Below, piece by piece: positions 60,012 through 64,000 of a stretch of DNA of 64,000 bases. The stretch comes from Planctomycetota bacterium. Its GTDB lineage: Bacteria; Planctomycetota; PLA2; JAEUHO01. The notes below the pieces were generated by a model. The model searched no databases. It was not told the DNA's origin and saw nothing but the letters and a program-made list of their open reading frames with translations. How positions within the stretch are numbered: position 1 is the stretch's first letter; every line of letters begins with the position of its first letter. The stretch spans positions 32,001-96,000 of the forward strand of contig JBFWRP010000007.1 of NCBI GenBank assembly GCA_050248855.1, read 5' to 3'. A program made the position numbers and the translations under genes.

Positions 60012-60800
60012 TCAGGTGCGGGGGATGAGGAGCTCGCGGAGGGCGAGCGGCGGCGTCTGATCGGCGACGAGGCCGATCTCGACGGGGTCGGTGGCGCGTG
60101 CGCCGGGCCGCACGGCGGCGGGGCGCGCGAGCGTCGTCCAGATGTCCGCACCGTTGCGGCGCACCACGACGCGAAGCGGTGCATCGCCGACCGTCTCGAA
60201 CACGCCGCGGTCCCGGGCGATGTAGCTGGCCACGCAGAGCGCCGTCCCCCCCATGCCGACCAGCCGACCGACGAACTTGGGGCCGGCCAGATGCTGGTCG
60301 CCGAAGGCGAGCACGTCCAGGGACACGCCCGGCTTGACGAGCAGCGGCAGGGCCTCGAGCAGGACCGGCTCGGTCCAGTCGGGCGTCAGAAGCGGTCGGC
60401 GCTCGTCGAGCAGCCCGACGCGTCGCTGCTCGGAGACGGTCAACGGCCTCGTGAAACGGCAGCCGACGTAGGTGAGGTCGTCCTCGCCCATGCGCGTGGC
60501 GACGCGTACGGGCAAGGCGTCGCGCTCCAGCTCGACGCCGTCGAACACGAGCACGAACCCGGTCGCCAGACGCTCATGGAGCGACATCATGGCGAGCCCG
60601 CCGGCCACGCCCTCGGCAGCCAGGTCCGCCGAGCTGATGGCCACGAGGGCGCCCCCCTCGGAGACGTCGACCACGAGGGCCAGCACGTCGAGCGCGGGGG
60701 CGCGGACGCGCGCCCGCAAGCGCATCTCGACGCGCGGCGAACGGCGCTTCCCGGACAGGAACGCGCGCAGGGGGTCGGCCAGCGGCGGGGCGGAGGACAT
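60012..60800 (-). CDS. PilZ domain protein
   Basis: RRSPR (RxxxR) and DVSEGG (DxSxxG). Confidence 0.8.
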   Translation of the reverse strand: MSSAPPLADPLRAFLSGKRRSPRVEMRLRARVRAPALDVLALVVDVSEGGALVAISSADLAAEGVAGGLAMMSLHERLATGFVLVFDGVELERDALPVRVATRMGEDDLTYVGCRFTRPLTVSEQRRVGLLDERRPLLTPDWTEPVLLEALPLLVKPGVSLDVLAFGDQHLAGPKFVGRLVGMGGTALCVASYIARDRGVFETVGDAPLRVVVRRNGADIWTTLARPAAVRPGARATDPVEIGLVADQTPPLALRELLIPRT

Positions 60801-60805
60801 GGTCC

Positions 60806-61930
60806 CTATCGGGTGCCTACCCGGGCCTTGACCATCTTCTGGACACCGGCGCGATCGGGCAGCTGGCCAAGACCGATGGCCTCGATCTCCTTGCGGTAGC
60901 GCTCGGTGGCATCTTGCGTGAGCGCCTCGATGCGCGGCAGGGCGCGCTCGAAGGCCTCGACGACCGTGGGATCGAACTGCGTGCCCGCGCAGCGGCGGAG
61001 CTCGGCGATGGCCACCGACGAGGGCTGGGGGCCCTTGTAGCAACGCTCGCTGATGATGGCGTCGTAGGCATCCACGCACGCGAAGATGCGCGCGGCCAAC
61101 GGGATCTCCTCACCGGACAGGCCATCCGGATACCCGCCACCGTCCCAGCGTTCGTGGTGATGGCGGATCACCGTGCTGGCGGCCGCCAGGAACGGGATGC
61201 GCGCCACGAAGTCCGCGCCGAACTCGGGGTGCATCCGCATCACCTTCCACTCGTCTTCGTCGAGCGGACCGGGCTTGGTCAGGATGGCGTCGGGCACGCG
61301 GTACTTGCCGACGTCGTGCAGCATGGCGCCCAGCTGCACATCGCGCAGCTCGCGCTCGCTGAAACCCATCTCGCGGGCCAGCAGCGTGCAGATGTCGCGC
61401 ACGCGCCACAAGTGGCCCATCGTGCTGGCGTCCTTGCCTTCGATCATCGAGGCGAAGCCGATCACCGTGCCGTCGTAGGTGCGGCGCAGCTCGTCTTCCT
61501 TCTCGGCGAGGCGCTGTTCGAGCTGTGCCTTGTAGTTGATGCGCAGCTTGTAGACCTGACGGAGCTCGAGCGCGCGGTTGACGGCGTCGGCGATCTCGAC
61601 GAGGTCGAAGGGGTTCTTCTGCAGGAAGTTGCAGGCGCCGAGGCGGATCGCCTCCATGGCGTACTTCCACTCGTCGTAGGCCGTCAGGATCATGAACGGC
61701 GTGACGGACTCGACGTAGGGGCGCACCCGCCGCAGGAAGGCCAAACCGTCCATCTTCGGCATGTGGATGTCGCTGATGATCAGGTCGTAGCCGTCCTTGT
61801 CGGCCAGGATCTTGCGGACCCCCTCCTCGCCGTTGCCCGCTTGTTCGCACGTATGGCCCTGGCTGGTGAGGTGCCGGGCGAGCACGTCACGCAGGGTCTC
61901 CTCGTCTTCGACGATCAGGATGCGTCCCAT
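60806..61930 (-). CDS. response regulator with HD-GYP phosphodiesterase domain
   Basis: ILIVEDE..SDIHMPKMDG; LHDVGK, HHHERWDGGGYPDGL, GTQFDP. Confidence 0.95.
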   Translation of the reverse strand: MGRILIVEDEETLRDVLARHLTSQGHTCEQAGNGEEGVRKILADKDGYDLIISDIHMPKMDGLAFLRRVRPYVESVTPFMILTAYDEWKYAMEAIRLGACNFLQKNPFDLVEIADAVNRALELRQVYKLRINYKAQLEQRLAEKEDELRRTYDGTVIGFASMIEGKDASTMGHLWRVRDICTLLAREMGFSERELRDVQLGAMLHDVGKYRVPDAILTKPGPLDEDEWKVMRMHPEFGADFVARIPFLAAASTVIRHHHERWDGGGYPDGLSGEEIPLAARIFACVDAYDAIISERCYKGPQPSSVAIAELRRCAGTQFDPTVVEAFERALPRIEALTQDATERYRKEIEAIGLGQLPDRAGVQKMVKARVGTR

Positions 61931-61993
61931 GGGGCTCCGGGGGGCTGACAGGGCGTCATCCTTCTTGTCGGACCGTCTCCCCCCCCTGCTTGA

Positions 61994-64000
<2,007 letters not shown>

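Overview
Very GC-rich bacterial chromosomal window, most likely Planctomycetota. This is an inference from the ECF sigma/Ser-Thr kinase pair, the HEAT + squalene-oxidase-repeat protein, the SUMF1 protein and DUF2950-like pilins. It mixes housekeeping genes (polA, clpP, queC, ribBA, speA, dps/oxyR, mrp, elbB, pruA, rnd, nadE, rlmI-like, gdh, groES/groEL, start of ligA) with lineage-typical secreted and signalling genes. The most striking non-routine signal is a 1.1-kb element encoding a RAYT-type HUH/Y1 transposase that has perfect 30-bp terminal inverted repeats and a flanking 9-bp direct repeat (58882-60005), plus possibly related GTACGG-ended MITE/REP-like elements elsewhere. Also notable: a three-copy ~125-bp dispersed non-coding element, a candidate structured sRNA downstream of queC, two secreted paralogs ending in a secretin-like beta-hairpin, an FHA/kinase pair divergent from GDH, and an extremely acidic small protein. 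No rRNA, tRNA or CRISPR array was seen. All assignments are by eye from motifs; no database search was run.
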